Source: Moniliella sp. 'wahieum' (Eukaryota). From it: DNA of 64,000 bases. The stretch's first letter is position 1. Each line of letters opens with the position of its first letter. This document shows positions 62,988-64,000 of this stretch, one piece after another. The stretch is taken from NCBI GenBank assembly GCA_003971905.1, contig RSEE01000089.1, forward strand, positions 124,001 through 188,000. Reading direction: 5' to 3'. The notes under the pieces were generated by a model. It had not been told where the DNA came from. It did no database searches and saw only the letters and a program-made list of their open reading frames with translations. The position numbers and the translations under genes were made by a program.

Positions 62988-64000
62988 ATGGCGTCCTTCA
63001 ACATGCCCCCCCTGCCCCCGGCAGGCACTCTCTTCGGCCCGCCGACGGAAGATCCTGCGTCGGATGTGCCGCAAGAACTCAAGGGCATCCCCTTTCCTTT
63101 CGCCATGGCTGATCCCGTGGGCCGTATCGCCGACTGGAACAACATCCTTGGCCAGGGCCAAGACGAGCGGACCCGGCGCCAGAACCAGCGCCCTGCTGCG
63201 CCCACTGCCTTGAACGTTTCCACGGTCGGCAGCACTTTCGGTTACACGCATGCCCAGGACGAGGCTACGTTCAGTGTGGTGAACAACGCCCAGCGCCCAG
63301 GCGAACGCTCCAAGGGATTCAGCACCCGCGGTGGGGCTCGGTCCAGCGCTCGTGGCGGCCGCGGTGGTACCAAGCTGGGTGGCGCTGCGCCCGTGTACAA
63401 CACCCGTGCTGGAACTGCTACCCGCGGCAACGCTCGCGGTGGTCGTGGTGGCCGGATGGGTGCGGTGGTGGTGGCCGCTGGCGCGATTGGGACCGGCCGC
63501 AGCGGACGCGTGAGCCGTCGGTTACCGTTCGGTCTGCTTGGAAGTCCGTGGAGGAGATTGAGTTTAGCCGGTTGGGCAAGCTGCGTCTGGACGTGCGTCC
63601 CGGTGCGACGCTCAAGCAGTATGGTGTGCTGGCCGAGTACAACCGGACCTACGATCGCACGGCGACGGTTCGTACGCCGCAGCCGCTCAAGCCGGTGGAT
63701 CGGACCAAGTTCCAGTTGACCACGTCGGAGGACGAGGTGCTGCGGAAGATTGCTGCTGCTCCGCCGCGGTCTTCCCTCCGCCGAGCGAGGATGTGCCCAT
63801 CTCGGCCGGATCGGGTGTCATGGCCTCCGAAGAGGGCCCCAAGCCGCATCGCATCTCTCCTCACCGACTCGATTCTGGCGCTGCTCATGTGCCTGCCCCG
63901 CTCGGTGTATCCTTGGGATCTGACCCTGACCGTCGAGGATGGCAATGTCTACTTTGACAAGCGCGACGGTGGTGCGTTGGACTATGTGACGGTGAACGAG
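62988..64000 (+). CDS. EIF3D: Translation initiation factor eIF3 subunit D (5' part; runs off the window)
   Basis: GIPF..DPVGRIADW; DEATFSVV; W..VEEIEFSRLGKL; TTSEDEVL; TDSILALLMCLPRSVYPWD..YFDKRDGGALDYVTVNE. Confidence 0.95.

Noticed and set aside
4168..64000. Frameshifts in nearly all conserved genes read as pseudogenes or programmed frameshifting
   Set aside because: They affect essential housekeeping genes (NUP98, EBP2, eIF3d) and are mostly single-base losses, often in short runs, which is typical of unpolished long-read consensus error

Overview
Eukaryotic, GC-rich, gene-dense fungal genomic DNA, most likely a basidiomycete (possibly Ustilaginomycotina; inference from intron style and protein divergence). 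Short spliceosomal introns have GTACGT/GTGAGT donors, CTGAC/CTAAC branch points and YAG acceptors. Almost every conserved gene carries several 1-bp frameshifts, which indicates an unpolished long-read assembly rather than pseudogenes, so CDS boundaries are approximate. About 22 recognisable genes are present: a membrane protein, an amino-acid permease, GUP1, NUP98-96, DNA pol delta p12, CWF19, a DnaJ-X co-chaperone, a MAPEG protein, RPL31, EBP2, PTR2, a DUF4097-like protein, a CCCH/FG nucleoporin (Amo1/Nup42), a fatty-acid hydroxylase, GAR1, a Kre9-like GPI protein, a coiled-coil hypothetical, VTC1, an ANT1-like carrier, a family-16 methyltransferase, cytochrome b5 and a partial eIF3d. There are also a few weak orphan ORF candidates. 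No tRNA, rRNA, CRISPR or transposase was seen. The most striking unexplained signal is non-coding. Most promoter or intergenic regions contain arrays with a 7-bp pitch, built from palindromic hexamers of the form A-xyy'x'-T plus a one-base spacer. At least 13 different hexamers are used, and different hexamers are chained in register. Also noted are a candidate WTTCCGCY motif clustered upstream of EBP2, GAR1 and eIF3d, and a strongly structured RPL31 intron.
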